From Okamejei kenojei (taxonomy: Eukaryota): 64,000 nt of DNA. The notes beneath the pieces are model-generated. The model did no database searches. It was not told where the DNA came from and saw only the letters and a list, made by a program, of their open reading frames with translations. Each line of letters opens with the position of its first letter. Positions within the stretch are counted from its first letter, which is position 1. A program made the translations under genes and the position numbers. The stretch covers positions 33,542,001 through 33,606,000 of the forward strand of contig CM069153.1 in the NCBI GenBank assembly GCA_035221665.1, written 5' to 3'. Shown here piece by piece: positions 25,101 to 38,710 of the stretch.

Positions 25101-25793
25101 TCTATTCCACAAAAACACAGACAACCCTTGGCTGTGCAGTAAGTGTGGGTCCCCTCCATTGCCGGACCAGTCCTATAAATGAATATTTATATGAATATAA
25201 AAGCAGTACAATTCTGTTCTTGTGAAACACAATGTTGATGAAACAATTGAGTTGAAGTGCTGACTGGAGCATTAAAGATGGAACTGAATTTAACACCTGA
25301 AGAAACCGGCATTTTACTTGCTGCGAGGTGCTCTGAATTTCTGAGAGTTTTTCTTACAGGAAAGAAAACATGATTTCTTCAGTACCAAATTCAGTTCCAT
25401 CTTTAACATCCCAGTCTGTTCTTCAACAGTTGTTCCATCAAAATGGTGTCATGAAAGATACTTGATCTGAGTCCTTAGGTTCATATGAATCCTTTTTGAA
25501 ATGATAATGCAAGCTAGAAAGGGAAAAGACATACATCTCCCTCAACCACGTAACAAATAGGAACTTTTATATTGTGCTGACTGCGATATTCCCAGTTAAA
25601 ACACAAGCTGTGCAAGGAGGCTCTCAGAGCAAAACAGCCTGAACCATTTGATATTGTGGTTACCTTTATGATTCAAACCTATACGCCAGTTTTACATTAA
25701 GTGGCCCTGCCATTGTGTTGTGCAAGATGTATTTTTTCACCATTAAGGAAGGAATAATTTCAATGAACCTGCATGGACTGGATTCAATTCCAG

Positions 25794-26463
25794 TAATTAC
25801 TCGAATGCTTACCCTTTACATTTTTCCATAGCAAGGATCCACTTTTTCAGCAGCCTTATAAGTCATGGTTTTCAGAAAACTATTCAGGTTATAGCACTTG
25901 TGTACCTAATGCAGAGCAGAATCCTGTGTTACTGTACCCAAAATAGCACACTCAGCAATGCCAGGGAAACAACGCTTGAGACAATAAACTACATTTCATA
26001 CTTAATTTAGAAAAATCCCCCTGCAGAGGTAAATATTCCCCCACATGCCCCGACATCAACCACCAGCCTCACTCAGTAATTGACAGGATTGTGCTAACAC
26101 GGTTGTACAAAATACATCATTAAAACAACACCGCTTAATGGATAACTGATTGGTTCTGGGCAATGCGGTTTATTCCCAATTGATTTTACTCCATATTAGT
26201 CAATTGACAGCAATATTGTGCATTCGGCAAGGCATCGTGATCCCATGGAATAACAGTCTGGTGATGTAGGATAAAATGACCACTCGTGTCTCACTGTTCA
26301 GCTGCACTTGGATTTTTAGTGTAGTCTCTCATAACATTAAGAGTAAAATAAAGCATAATGCCCTTGATTCTAATCTGCCATTCAATAAGATAATGGCCGA
26401 TCTTGCACCTCACCTTTATTCTATGCCTCATTTGCATATTTTTCGATATCCTTACACAATATG
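25794..26463 (+). repeat. Local segmental duplication, copy A (direct repeat of 39147-39830)
   Basis: Collinear match over ~670 bp, roughly 90% identity by eye. Confidence 0.95.
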
Positions 26464-26504
26464 TTTAATTATTGTGGACTGTCTTTGTTGACTGAACATC
26501 AAAA

Positions 26505-26790
26505 TGGCATGGCTGCTTCCTCACAGCTCAAATGACCTGGGTTCAAATCTGATCCCACAGGTCCCCACCTTCTCCTTGTGAAATGCTAAGTTATCCCGTG
26601 GGTGCTCGGGTTTCATCCCACATCCCAAGAACCTGCAGTTTGATGGTTAATTGGTGACTGCAAATAGCCCTTAGTGTAGGCAAGTGGTAAAATTGATGGG
26701 AATGTGGTGGGCTTACAGATAAAAATAGTGGGGAAATGGAATTGCTCCATGAGATGGCATGGACTGAATGGGATGAATGGCCTCCTTCAA
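26505..26790 (+). mobile_element. HE1/V-SINE-like SINE, degraded
   Basis: cctcacagctcaaatgacctgggttcaaatctga...gtttcatcccacatcccaaga. Confidence 0.65.
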
Positions 26791-28254
26791 TGTCAGGAAA
26801 ATATGAAATATGGAAAAACCTTTCCCACCTATGTTGGGCAAATGGGGCCAACAATATCAACTTGATTGGCATGGACAAGGTAGGCTGAAGGCCCTTCTTC
26901 CATATTAGATAGTTTTATGAATCTATCACACTATGTTGTGGTGTGGCCATACTTAACAACCTGGTGTGGTGGTGCATGGTTCCTCTCTTAACATTGGTTA
27001 GATATCTGAAAATGACACATGTCCATGAGATTCAGCACTAATGTTTGGAACCACTGTTCTGCATTAGCCTCATTGAGGAGAAGCAACGTGCTGATTCCAG
27101 CCTTGCATAGGTACCCATGCCAATGAGGAGCTCGAGGAGCATGTCAAGCTGGTGCAGATGAAAGATTACAGGCATTGCAGTTAAACATACTGTTGAAGAA
27201 TACAGCCCATGTAACTCTGCAGCTGCGGTTCGCATGCCGTCATTCGGTTACACTAGATCGTGTTGTGTAACACTAATGTGGAACCGATGCTGGGATCTCA
27301 CGTTGTTCATCAGCCACTGTGAACATCCTCAGTGAACTCAGAGCTGAGTTAATTCCTAATGGGAGAAGTTGGAAGGTGTTAGAGCTTTTACTTCTGACGG
27401 CGATGTTCTATGCTCTGCCCCTTTATCCTTTCCATGTGAGCTCAGGCAGCCGATCCTTGGATGTAATTATCAGCGCTGATCTCAGCTGGTACCTAATGGG
27501 AAGACTCTGTAATTATTCAGCTGGGGACTAGTTTGTTTCCATTGCATTGCAAGCCCCAGTGTACAAACACTGCACCTGGCAGTGTTGTACAGAGCACTAT
27601 ACCCTGCGGGCTGTATCTTGCTTCTAAGAGATCAGAGTCATGATTACGGCAAGCAGAGATGTTTGTGACATTTCAGCAACAGGCGAAGGGAGGCAAAAAT
27701 GCGAACAGATAGCACCCCACAAGGAAAATCAGACAACCCCAGAGAGACTCGTAAACTTCCTAGCTGCAGCTTGAATGCTGCGATGAGGAGAACTGACTGG
27801 CTTTGAAATGTGACAAAGAGATCAACCCGAAAAATTGAACAGGAAGCCTTACCCCTGTTTTTGGGGAAGAAGATCAGAGCAATTTTACATAAGTATCAGT
27901 GTAGCTTCCTTATGGCATAATTCCAAATCCATTGTCCTGTTTGTCTCTATAGGTATGGATTAGAAGCTAAGGCCCGGTGTGGTCCCAAAAATTAAGCTGG
28001 TCTTCGGGGTATTCTTTTTGACAGGAACAACTTTATCATGTTGTCTCATGTGGTGCAGGTGTTGCCCAGCCATACAAGGTGCACAATATCAGCTGGTGTG
28101 TAAACGTAAGGGGTGAAATGGGGCTGAATTTGTACAACAGATTATCTGGCAACATGTTCATCTGTACCATGGACACCTGACTGCAAAAAGACCGCGGCAG
28201 AGGGCTGGCTCCAAATGACTTTGTCTTTGGGTCAGGAAGTAGTGAGATCAAGCT

Positions 28255-28590
28255 TCACTTGCGGGACTTGAACCTATAATCTGAGCTGACACCCTGGTGT
28301 CGAGCTGTGGCAATGCTGAACTGTTGTGTTTCAAGTGTGCTCCCGCAGGTGCATGCATTAGATCCCAGACCACTCTTTGAAGAAGGGTGGGGGAGATTCC
28401 CGAGTTTCCAGGCCAATCATTATTCCTCAAATTGGATCATTAAAACAATTATCTGATCATTGTGACATTGATGCTCGTGGGAGTTCTTGGACACAAATTG
28501 GCGATTGCGCTTCCTCTTTTACAAAAGTAATGTTTTTAAAGTACTTGCCAAATGTCACGAAAGATGCCTAATAAATGCAAGTTGTATTTT
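28255..28590 (+). mobile_element. Deu-domain SINE relic
   Basis: ggacttgaacctataatctgagctgacac...agatcccagaccactctttgaagaag...attatctgatcattgtgacattg...ataaatgcaagt. Confidence 0.6.
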
Positions 28591-29439
28591 CATTAATTCA
28601 GGGAAAGGTAAAAAGAGCAGCAGGGTTCTGAAGAACTGTTTCAAACAAGAACAATTAGATGAGTTGACCTCAGCATTTTCTAATGCTTGATAACAGGATA
28701 GCCTTGTGCATCTTAGCTTACGGGAATATATATGAGTTGCATCAATTTAAACAGAATATTTTAATTTCTGTTCAAGTTTCAAACCAGCAAATTAATTATT
28801 TTTGCATGCTTGGCCCAATATTAATTGTTAGGCTGCTCTCTGTCGGATCCGTTTTTAGAGTGACATTCAAGCATCATTGAATATTTAAGTTTATTGCAAT
28901 TGTTATATCTGGTTCTTGCTAGGTTACAGTTTGTTATATCTGCGTTCTCACTAGGTTACAGATGCTGCTCTGTTACACAGAAGGATTGATGTAGGTCAAC
29001 TACATGGGTGTCCTAAGAGTTACCAACTCTGATTGTAGGCATTCCAATGGAACTGATCATGTGACATGCTGACCACATGCATGGGATCGCATGACATCAG
29101 ATCACATGATTGGACTTATCTGATGTGAGTTTGTTCCTCTCCATTTTGATTAAGGGTGTTCACCAGTTGCACTCGTGTGCAAAGAAGCAGCACACAGGTA
29201 ATGAGGGGAAGCTAGAGGCAGAGAAAAGGGCAGGCATGCTGGGGGTATCAAGTGTAATGAAGAGGGTAGATAAAAGGTCAAAAAGTGGGGAAACTGTCTG
29301 AATGAAAGGACTGTTGGGTGAAGAAAATGATGCAGAGACATGGAGCCTCTCTCCTTTCTCCCCGTATACTCACCTCCTTCTCTGCCCTTGACTATCAACA
29401 CTAGCATTATCTGATTCATGATTGCCCCTCTTGTACTAA

Positions 29440-30240
29440 TAGGGCTGAGCTCCCTGCGACAGTCGGGTATATTATTATTTTCATGTGCATTCTGCATCTT
29501 TCAATCAATTCAATCATGTCTTTGGGCATATACCAAGTTTCCTCAGAACTTCTGAGAAAGTAGAGGTGTTAATGTGTTTTCTTGACCATAGCGCCAAAGT
29601 GGTTGGACCAGGGCAAGTTGTTAGTGTTATTTACACCCAAGAACTGGAAGCTCTTGGTCCTTGGCACCATTGATACAGACAAGGATGTGTACTCCAGCTT
29701 CCAGAAGTCCTGCTTCCAGAAGTCAATGACCAGCTACCTGAAGATGAATTTGGGTAGAATTATGGTGTTGACCTATATTCAATAAATACAAGTCTGACAT
29801 AAGTGTCCTTGCCATCTAGTAAGGCCAGGGAGATGATATCTGCTCTAGACCTGAATTGCACTGGATCTCGGCTGTCTAGGAGTTTGAGTTAATGTGCATC
29901 ATGGCCAGTCTTTCAAAGCACTTCATGATGATGGATATCTGAGCCAATGGGTGGTTATTATTAAGGCATATAAACTTTGGCACTGGGATGATAGTAGTTT
30001 TCTTAAAGCTGGTGGAAACCTCAGGTTGAAGTAGGGAGATGTTAAAGATGTCCATAAAATATATCCCACCAGCTGGTCTTTGCTGAGGATATGGTCAGCG
30101 ATTCCAACTGCGCCTCTTGCTTAACACAGGTTTATGCTCAGGAAGGCCAATTAGACATCTACAATGGTGACCTTAGGTTTGAGGTTGTCAGGGCAGTTGA
30201 CATAATTTCACTGACCTCCTGGTGATAACAAGTATAGAAT
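29440..30240 (-). mobile_element. Rex1/Babar-type LINE RT region, heavily degraded
   Basis: 29540-29650 resembles 53155-53270; caaagcacttcatga near 29915 resembles 54122. Confidence 0.55.
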
Positions 30241-31151
30241 GCATTGTGGTGCTCAATGGGAAGGCATGCATTTTTTTTTCAGTGATTCTGCCCACCTATG
30301 CTTTGTAGCCCATTGTAGTGTGCAAGGGACAGATTACATCACCGAGTTGAAGGCTTCACTGAAGTCACCCACTAGATGGACTGGAGATGGGTACAGTGTT
30401 ATTGGGATTGGAAAGAACTTCAGAAAGGAGCACTACTGCAGTAGGAAATTTAAAGGGTGACAAATTCTCATTGCTAGTTTAACAGCCTTAAACTTAATCC
30501 CAACAAACCACAAGGTAAATTCATCAATCCTACACATCCAACGTAGATGCTTGCTGAAGGAAGTATATATCAGAGTCAATGATGTAGTAACATGATCTTG
30601 GCTTTCTAGCTAGTTCCCTGGTTGTGGCTCCCAGTTGTGAACACTGGATACTCAACATGATTAGATTACATCCTCTACCCTACTCCCACCTAGCCACTAT
30701 TCTGTCTACTCTAGATGCCTCCATAGATCTGCATTATGTTTGCAACTATTTTAGTTTAAAGACTCCTGGTGACTTTCACTTACTTGCTGAATGAAAGATT
30801 TCTTAAAAATAGCAACTTTAGCATTTATTATTTGTTTGCATTTAGTGATCTGTGCTAACAATTTAAAGTACCGTGCAGTACACAGCTTTGATGATGGGTG
30901 AAGATTAAGAAGGTTAGTCTGACGTTTTATCTTTTTCTCTTGAATGTTCATCTGTTAAAAGTGTTCACCACTAAGGTCGGGTACCATGGCAACCAGCGCC
31001 ATTCCAGTTGTCTGGTCCTCTCAGCACAAAGAGACATCATAGGCTTACCAACATTGCCATAAGTTTTAGTTCCCAGTTTCACTAGAGTATGTCATGATTT
31101 ATTATTTAAATAATAAATAATAAAATGGAGCGAAGGAAATGGGCAACAAAA

Positions 31152-31240
31152 TAGGCAAGAAGGGTTTTGGCCCGAAACGTTGCCTATTTCCTTCACTCCA
31201 TAGATGCTGCTGCACCCGCTGAGTTTCTCCAGCACTTTTG
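31152..31240 (+). mobile_element. PLE tail element
   Basis: aagaagggttttggcccgaaacgttgcctatttcc...ctgagtttctccagcac. Confidence 0.7.
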
Positions 31241-31796
31241 TCAGACATCTACCTATCTTCAATGACATGTACATCCAACAATTTACGTTTTATTTTATCA
31301 TTCTTGAACTCACAGTGGTTATTGCTGTGTTATCTTATGAAATAAGTCTCATCAGGCTCCTGAACACTACAAATATTAACTAAACAATGAACTACGAACT
31401 ATCTTGTTTGCACTCAGGGCATTGAACATTTTTGCACTATTATCAGTTTGTTTTTTAATGTATTGATTTTTTTTGTTTATTCTGAGTACTGTGATGCTGC
31501 TGCAAGTTTGAATTTCTTTGTTCTGTTTTTTGGTACATATGACAATTAAACACTCTTGGCTCTTGATGATGGCTGTTGTTGGGATATTGACAATGCCACT
31601 ACTCTGGTACAGGCATGGATTAACTTTCAGCCCATACAATTGATGTCAGTAGGTAGCATGTCATGAAGTTCTTCACAGTGAGTCAATCCGATCCCAATAA
31701 ACACGTTCTCCCAATAGGAATCGCTGAATAGTAATAATTCAGACCAAACGTTTCCACACTGGTACAATCACCTAATTCAACCCAAAGCTTTCACTG

Positions 31797-31995
31797 TGTA
31801 GGAAGGAACTGCAGATGCTGGTTTAAACCAAAAAAGTAGGAGTCATCACCAAGTCATGAGTGTTTTATTGTCATATGTACCAAATTGTCATGAAATCTCA
31901 GTTTGAAAAAGGGTCTCGACCCGAAACGTCAGGTATTCCTTTTCTCCAGAGATGATGTCTGACCCGCTGAGTTACTCCAGCTTTTTGTGTCTATA
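31797..31995. mobile_element. Fold-back PLE element with a 14-bp TSD (1 mismatch)
   Basis: caaagctttcactg (31783-31796) / caaagctttcagtg (31996-32009). Confidence 0.7.
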
Positions 31996-33354
31996 CAAAG
32001 CTTTCAGTGGTGCACATATATTGGCTGCTGAATTAAAGGATTGGAATGCACACAGGTTGGTATGATACATCCACTGATTGATATTGGTATTGGTTTGGTT
32101 CATTGGTGTAATGTGTACCGAAACACAGTGAAAACCTTTGGTTGCATGCAATTCAATCAAATCATACCATACATGAGCGCAATCAAGCCATATGCAAGTA
32201 TAGCAGGTGATGCAAAGAGAAGATAAACAGTGCAGATTGTAGTGTTACAGTGTTTTCAATATAGTAATATTGGCCTTTGTAGGTTGGATACAGTTTCATT
32301 TACAGTTTATGAGAAAGAGTAACTTGAATGGAATCACAGGATGTCTCACAGCACTTTACAACCAATAAGCAAGTGTCCCTCTTGTAACATGTAAAGTATG
32401 AAAGCCATCTCACATTCTTCGCAATCTCACTGCCTGACAATCAGCTTTCATGATGTTGAGTGATTTTTTTTTTTTTTTGTGGTCCGAATGTTGGATGTCA
32501 CTGCTATTAATGACCAAGTATACCCTTGAGCAAAATCCAAAATACAGGAGGAACTCAGTAAGTCAGGCAGCATCTGTAGAGAGGAATGTACAGATGATGT
32601 TTCGGGTCGGGACTCTTCTTCAAATTTTTACACTGTTATGCTACAGTGAACCCGGGGAATCCACGTGGAGCAGAACCTGACCACAACCCTGGCCGCACTC
32701 TAGACCCTGGCTCTAGCTACACACCCCACTAGTATTCTAGACCGCCAGCCCACAATCCAGTCAAATCAATGATCTAGATGCCTGACCATCAGTATTTCCG
32801 AGCAACATGCAGGTTTTACTTTAATATCCTCCATTTCAATAATGAAGAATAATATACAAGTTATTTAATATGTTTCCATTTAACAAGGTCACAAGGCCCA
32901 CTGTTGTAGGCACTCAGTACTTGAACATATTATACAAGGTAACCATTAAATAGTAACATAGGAATTTAAAATTGCTGAAAGGGTGACATTTGTCCCAATA
33001 CCTCATAAAAATGCATACAACAGCATATTGTTATCTGTACCGGTAACATATTTAAATGTTTATTTTCTTCATTCATTTTGGGGATTTGTGCGACTATTGC
33101 CCATCTCAAATTGCCCTACGAATTATTTCCTTGCTCAGTCATTTCAGAGGGCATTTCAGAGTCGACCACTTGTGATGCGTGGGATCACGTACACAGCCAG
33201 ACTGCTTCAGGGTAGTCAATTTACTTCTCTGAACCCAATCGTTTTGCAGGCACCATTACAATTGATTTATTTCATTCATATTTAAGATTATTAACTGAAT
33301 TTAAAATTAAATTCCGCGGCTGCCTTAGCGGGATGTGAACTTGGCCCCTAATTG

Positions 33355-33505
33355 TTGTGTAGGATGGAACTGCAGGTGCTGGCTTAAACCGAAGATAGAC
33401 ACAAAATGCTGGAGTAACTCAGCGGGACAGGCAGCTGGATAGAAGGAAGGAATGAGGTTCAGTCTGAAGAAGGGTCTTGACCCGAAATGTCACCTGTTCC
33501 TTCTA
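33355..33505. mobile_element. Fold-back PLE tail element
   Basis: Minus-strand tail followed by agtctgaagaagggtcttgacccgaaatgtc. Confidence 0.7.
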
Positions 33506-35617
33506 TACACAACACTCCATACACAACACTCTTTTTTGCACTATTTGGGAGAGGCAGGGAGGACAACAAGGCAATGAAATGTACCCTTCATGGGACACTT
33601 CTCCGTGTTATGGCAGATGAGTGGCCTGCTTGCTCTGCATTTCTCCTAGCAGTACTTTGCCTTTTACATTATAAACTGAAAAGGAGATCATCAAGCCCCT
33701 GCTGTCTACTCGTTGGCCAATCCTGACAACAACATTCCTCTGCTCTTTGCGCATCATCCTGCAAATAATTTTCCTTCCACTCGCCATTGAGGATGCTGAG
33801 TGATCCTGTTTCCAGCTTCCTTAGAGGCAGATTCTAACTTCTTTGAAAGAGTATCTTATTACTTTCCCTTTGACCAGGCAAGGTCTAGGTCTGCGTGTAA
33901 TGTTTGTCCTAAACATGTTGCTCTGTTCATAGCAATGCATTTTTTTTGAATGCTTGAAAAGATCTATGAGAGCATCCATTTGCTGGGATAGCCAGAAGTT
34001 AAGGACAGCACTAATGGGTAGCTGGCACTGATTTGATGGACCAAAGGGCTTGTTTCCTTGATATATCTCTCCTGACCTTAAACAAAGTGGTTTGTGAGCA
34101 ATGCCGTGGGACATCTGTTGGGATATTCCCTGGCACGAAAGCACTAAACTATATTGGGCTTGAAATGCCGCGAAAAAAAAAAGTAGGTATGGATAGATGG
34201 TATTGTTGCAAATGTCAACATATTCTATCCAATATAATTGCCCGTGTCCTGAACTCTTCTCAACAGGAAGTGAATCTGAGAAGTCGGGATCACTGAATTC
34301 TGTGGCAAAATGAATGGTAGTTAATGTGAATTGATAGGCTGGTTGGTAGGGTTGACTGCATCTTGTTTTCGCTAACACAAAACAAGGAGCATATGTTCTT
34401 GTAAATAAGTAAATTGTGGCACACAAAGGAGGCTCCTTCATCTCATGTGAGTAATGCCTGCACAAATCTTTCTCTCTCTAACACAGTAATGAGATCCCAC
34501 ATTCAGTTACCATGCTAGCAAATCGGAGGTTTGCCATAAAATTGGTGCTTATTCCCCCTCTCTTCAGCCGTCCTGTTGTTTGCAGCTTTGAAACTGTAAG
34601 CACATTTTTTTGAGGTATAATTGGAGAAGTCGTCTAGGAAGATTAGAGCCATGTCCCCCGAGTGCCTGGCCTTCATTATGCACACAGCTCCCCAGCCTCC
34701 AGAATCTTCGTCTTCTAAAGCACAGAGCATTCAGATTATATCCTCATAGCTTCCAAGTTAATTGAGTGACCAAATCAAATCCACTGTAAACCCTTTCCTG
34801 GAAGTGCAAGCCTGTATGAAAATAAAGAAGGTGAAGGCATCTAGCCAATCCCTTGGTAACAGATTTACACTTCCCAAAAGGCAGAGATAATTAACCACAG
34901 ATGTATTGGAAAATATTTTTTGTCCTCTAGCTCCTCTCCTGCCTTTGGCTCCACTCCCCCACTTTCGGGGAAAAATATCACAGCCCTGGTTGTATTGTTA
35001 GCAAAACCATCTGTATTATGCAGTGTAATTGTAGGATTTCCATGCATCGATTGTTCATTGCAGAAATCTCACAGTTACTGTCGGTGATGTAGCTCTTCAC
35101 CACATGCTGCGCTTCATTCAGCCTTCCCCACCGCAACAAAGGGAAGTTAGTTATTTTAGTGAAAATTTCATGTATTTACCAACTAGTCCCCTGCAAAATC
35201 CCTTGCAAAATGTTCGACTTTGTTGCATTATGTGTGTTAAGCGAACAAGACTGCTTAACAAACTTTCTGTCCATAAACTAATTTTGTACATGTGGATTAT
35301 AATGCCTCCACATTAAGGCAGTAATAATCATTTTATTAAAAACTCCTTGATGATATTTGAGTGTCAAATTTAACTATGAGTACAATTTTCAATCATTATT
35401 TTGTGATGAAGCCTTTGTTAAAATATTAACTGAAACTTGTGGTAGTTTTTACTTCCTAAATTTGCTCTCCTTGTCGGTTCTTCTATGTGATTGGCTGCAC
35501 AAGGGCTCTGTCGAACATTCCCCCTGACAACTCCAATCGTGGGACATACATGAAAATTGTTTGACCTTAATAACAGTCTCCTTTGATTCTAGGGGCCGGC
35601 ATCATCACTTAACTTCT

Positions 35618-35819
35618 ATGTACAGGAACGAACTGCAGATGCTGGTTTATACCGAATATAGACACAAAATGTTGGAGTAACTCAGCGGGACAGGTTGCGT
35701 CTATGCATAGAAGTATTGGGTGCCGTTTCGGAAAAGGTCTCTTCTTCAGAAGGGTCTTGACCCAAAACGTCACCCATTCCTTCAATCCAGAGATGCTGTC
35801 TGTCCACCATTTTGTGTCT
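35618..35819. mobile_element. Fold-back PLE element with a perfect 14-bp TSD
   Basis: atcacttaacttct at 35604-35617 and 35820-35833. Confidence 0.8.
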
Positions 35820-36084
35820 ATCACTTAACTTCTGACTGAAAACGAGGGTCAAGTTGATGGCTTTCATGCTGCCACTGAGAGAATGGTCTGAGGCGAGTGA
35901 AATGTGATTTGTTGTCATTTGACTCACAGTCCAGTACTTTTATTCTTAAGTCTACAACTAAAAATTGATATTTTATATGGTAAATTAACATTGCAAGAGA
36001 CTGTCACAGGATTCAAGTGGGCAGCAATCCTTCTTAACAAGAAAGTTAATCCATGTCTATTACTCTCTGTATTTTGGCCCACAT

Positions 36085-36225
36085 TTGTACGTTTGTCAGT
36101 GAATTGACTTCTATAAATTGTCCCTAGTGTGTTGAACAGAACTAGTGTACGGATCATCGCTGGTTGGGGCAGTCTCGGTGGGCCGAAGGGCCTGTTTCCA
36201 TGCTGTATCTCTAATCTAAACGAAA
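36085..36225 (+). mobile_element. HE1/V-SINE-like 3' half
   Basis: taaattgtccctagtgtg...ctcggtgggccgaagggcctgtttccatgctgtatctcta. Confidence 0.75.
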
Positions 36226-37379
36226 CGAAACACATTTGTTCACTCTTTCCAAAGATCCAGTGAAAACCTAATGGGGTGAATGGCGTATTTCTGTGCAGTG
36301 CAGTTCTAGGATAGATTCAGGATTGAAATTGCTGTTGCTTCAGTTTTACCTGCACAATACATGCAGATCACCTTCTTTCCCAGATATTCCATTGATAGAA
36401 ATTAATTCTGGCAGGATTGCATTTAATTAGCAGGTCATTGCTGACACTAAATTACCACAAAGTGCAACATCCGGGCTTTTCTTTGAACATTGCTATTCTT
36501 CACTTCAAAATGCGGAAGCTCAATATTTATTTGACCAAGTAAATATTTTCCTCTTCACGGGAAAGACAGCAATGGATATAATTATATTACTTTAAAATCT
36601 CTGGAGTAAACCAGGATACAAATATCCTAACAGCTGCTATTTAAAATAAGCATTTATCATCTGGCCTTGAGTTAGTGATTGGACAGTGTACAGTAGATGA
36701 CAGGATCCTCCCCACCACTTACCCCCCTCTTAACAACCCGCCCACATAGCTCCAACAGAGCAGAACCTAATCTGGGCGCTGCCACAGGAGACCACACGGT
36801 TATTGATGAGGTAATCTGGAAGATAAGAATCATCACAGTGAACTATTTCTAATTTATAGCCTGGTTATATTTTTCTGCTTATTTAAGAGCATGAGTAGTC
36901 TGTACATTTATTGAACTTAATTTCAATGAGACCTTGGTTGATCTTTTACCTTCCACATGAATGCCCATCATCCCCAGTGGCCAAAACATTATTGATGTGT
37001 TTTGAATATACTCATTGACTAAGCATCCACTTTCCCCAGGGGTCAAGGGTTTCAAAGAGTTACAACCGTCTGAGCGAAGATATTTTCTCTCTTTCCTTCA
37101 AATCTCTAGCAGGTGCTCTAGCTCTGAATACTGCCAACAAGCCTCCGGCACGTTTTCAGTGGCTGTTCCTCATGGATGAAGTACATTTCAACAGGGTTCA
37201 TTTGGGGATTTGTCTGTTAGATATTTCTTCTCCTCCATTTACCAGGTGCTTGAAGATCACTTATAGCACCTCTGGTATCAATATTGCATGATATACCTGC
37301 TGTAATTGGGTGACAACACCAACAAGGAACCACTGTGTACTAAACAACATGCAATATACAGAGCTAGGTGGTCTTGCAG

Positions 37380-38710
37380 TCCAGGGGATCAGATCAAAGT
37401 TCTGCCAGTCTGACCACATCTACTCTTGAAAGGTGGTGTTCCAAGATCATCACCTTCATCAATGATAGCAAATGGTAATAAAAGGCTGAATGTTTGCAGC
37501 CGTGTTCTGCCAGAAGTGACGGAGAGATAATCCACCTCTGCTCCTCCCTGAGATCCCGGCAGTCACAGAACCTAGTGTTCATGTAGTGTCAAAAAACAGC
37601 TGAGAACAAAAGTTATGTTAGCAGACACCATTCCAACTGTAGTACTGAGGACATGTGCTCCGGAACTAGCTGGACCTCGAGCTAAGTTGTTTACAGTTGT
37701 AACACTGGTATTTACTTGACAAGGTAGAACATTTCCCAGGTGTTTCCTGGTCACCCAAAGCAAATCAATCTGGCAAATTATTACCTAATCAATCTACTTT
37801 CAATGATCAGCAAGATGATGGAAGCTACCATCCAATTAAGTGGCACTTGTCACCAGCAAGCCACTCATTGCTTCATCAATGGCCTTCTTTTCATCATGGG
37901 TCAGACTTTCCCTGGTGATTCCACGACGTTCAATTGTCTTTGCAACTTCTCAGCAAATGAAGCAAACCATGCCTGCATGCAGCAAGACCAAGACAACATT
38001 CGGGCATCAGCAGATAAGTGACAAGTTACATTGATATCACAATTAATGATCCTCTCAAGCAAGAGAGAGTCTAACCACATACTTAATATATAATGGCATT
38101 ACCATCACGAAGGCCCCCACCATCAATAATCTTAGGGTCACATTGACCAGGAACTCAACTGGACCAGCCATGTTTCAAGATCATGGCTGAAAGAGGTCAT
38201 AAGCTGATACCTTAATCAGGAATTCACTTCCTCATTACCTTCTGTCAAAGCTTTTCCACAATGTACGAAGTGCAGGTCAGGTATGCATTGCAATGATCTC
38301 CATTTGCCTAGATGAGTGTAGTGCAGGGTTCTGCCCAGCACCCTAGGTTCCTTCACCACCGGTGCACAGTGGCTGCAGTGAGAACTATCTACAAATTTCA
38401 CTGCGGTTAGTTGCCAGGCTACCCCGAAAGCACCTTATAAACCCGCAGCTTCTCCCACCAAGAAGAACATGGTAAATGGGAACACCATCTCTTGCAGATT
38501 CTCCTCCAAGCCACACACCATCCTGACTTGGGCGTATGTCACCCAGTCATTCACCTTTGCTGGGTTTAAATGGTAGAGCTCTCCGCAGCACTGTGGAAAC
38601 AGCTTCAGTAGAAAGACCAGAGGAGTTGGAGAAAGTGGCTGAATGCCACCTTCTCAGGACCATTAGAGATGGGCTAAATGCTGGCCTTGCTGTTGATGCT
38701 CAGATCTCAA
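37380..38710 (+). mobile_element. Degraded non-LTR retrotransposon (CR1-group) RT region and 3' end
   Basis: DTIPTVVLRTCAPELA...NLANYYLINLLSMISKMME corresponds to the LINE 'NYRPISLL..SKVME' motif; many frameshifts. Confidence 0.7.

Noticed and set aside
26255-26310. Possible C/D-box snoRNA inside the duplicated segment (GTGATGT...)
   Set aside because: Imperfect C box, no suitably placed CTGA D box and no terminal stem.
33821-34465. Longest ORF (214 aa, minus strand)
   Set aside because: No recognisable domain, non-ATG start and no convincing splice context; compatible with chance in 64 kb.
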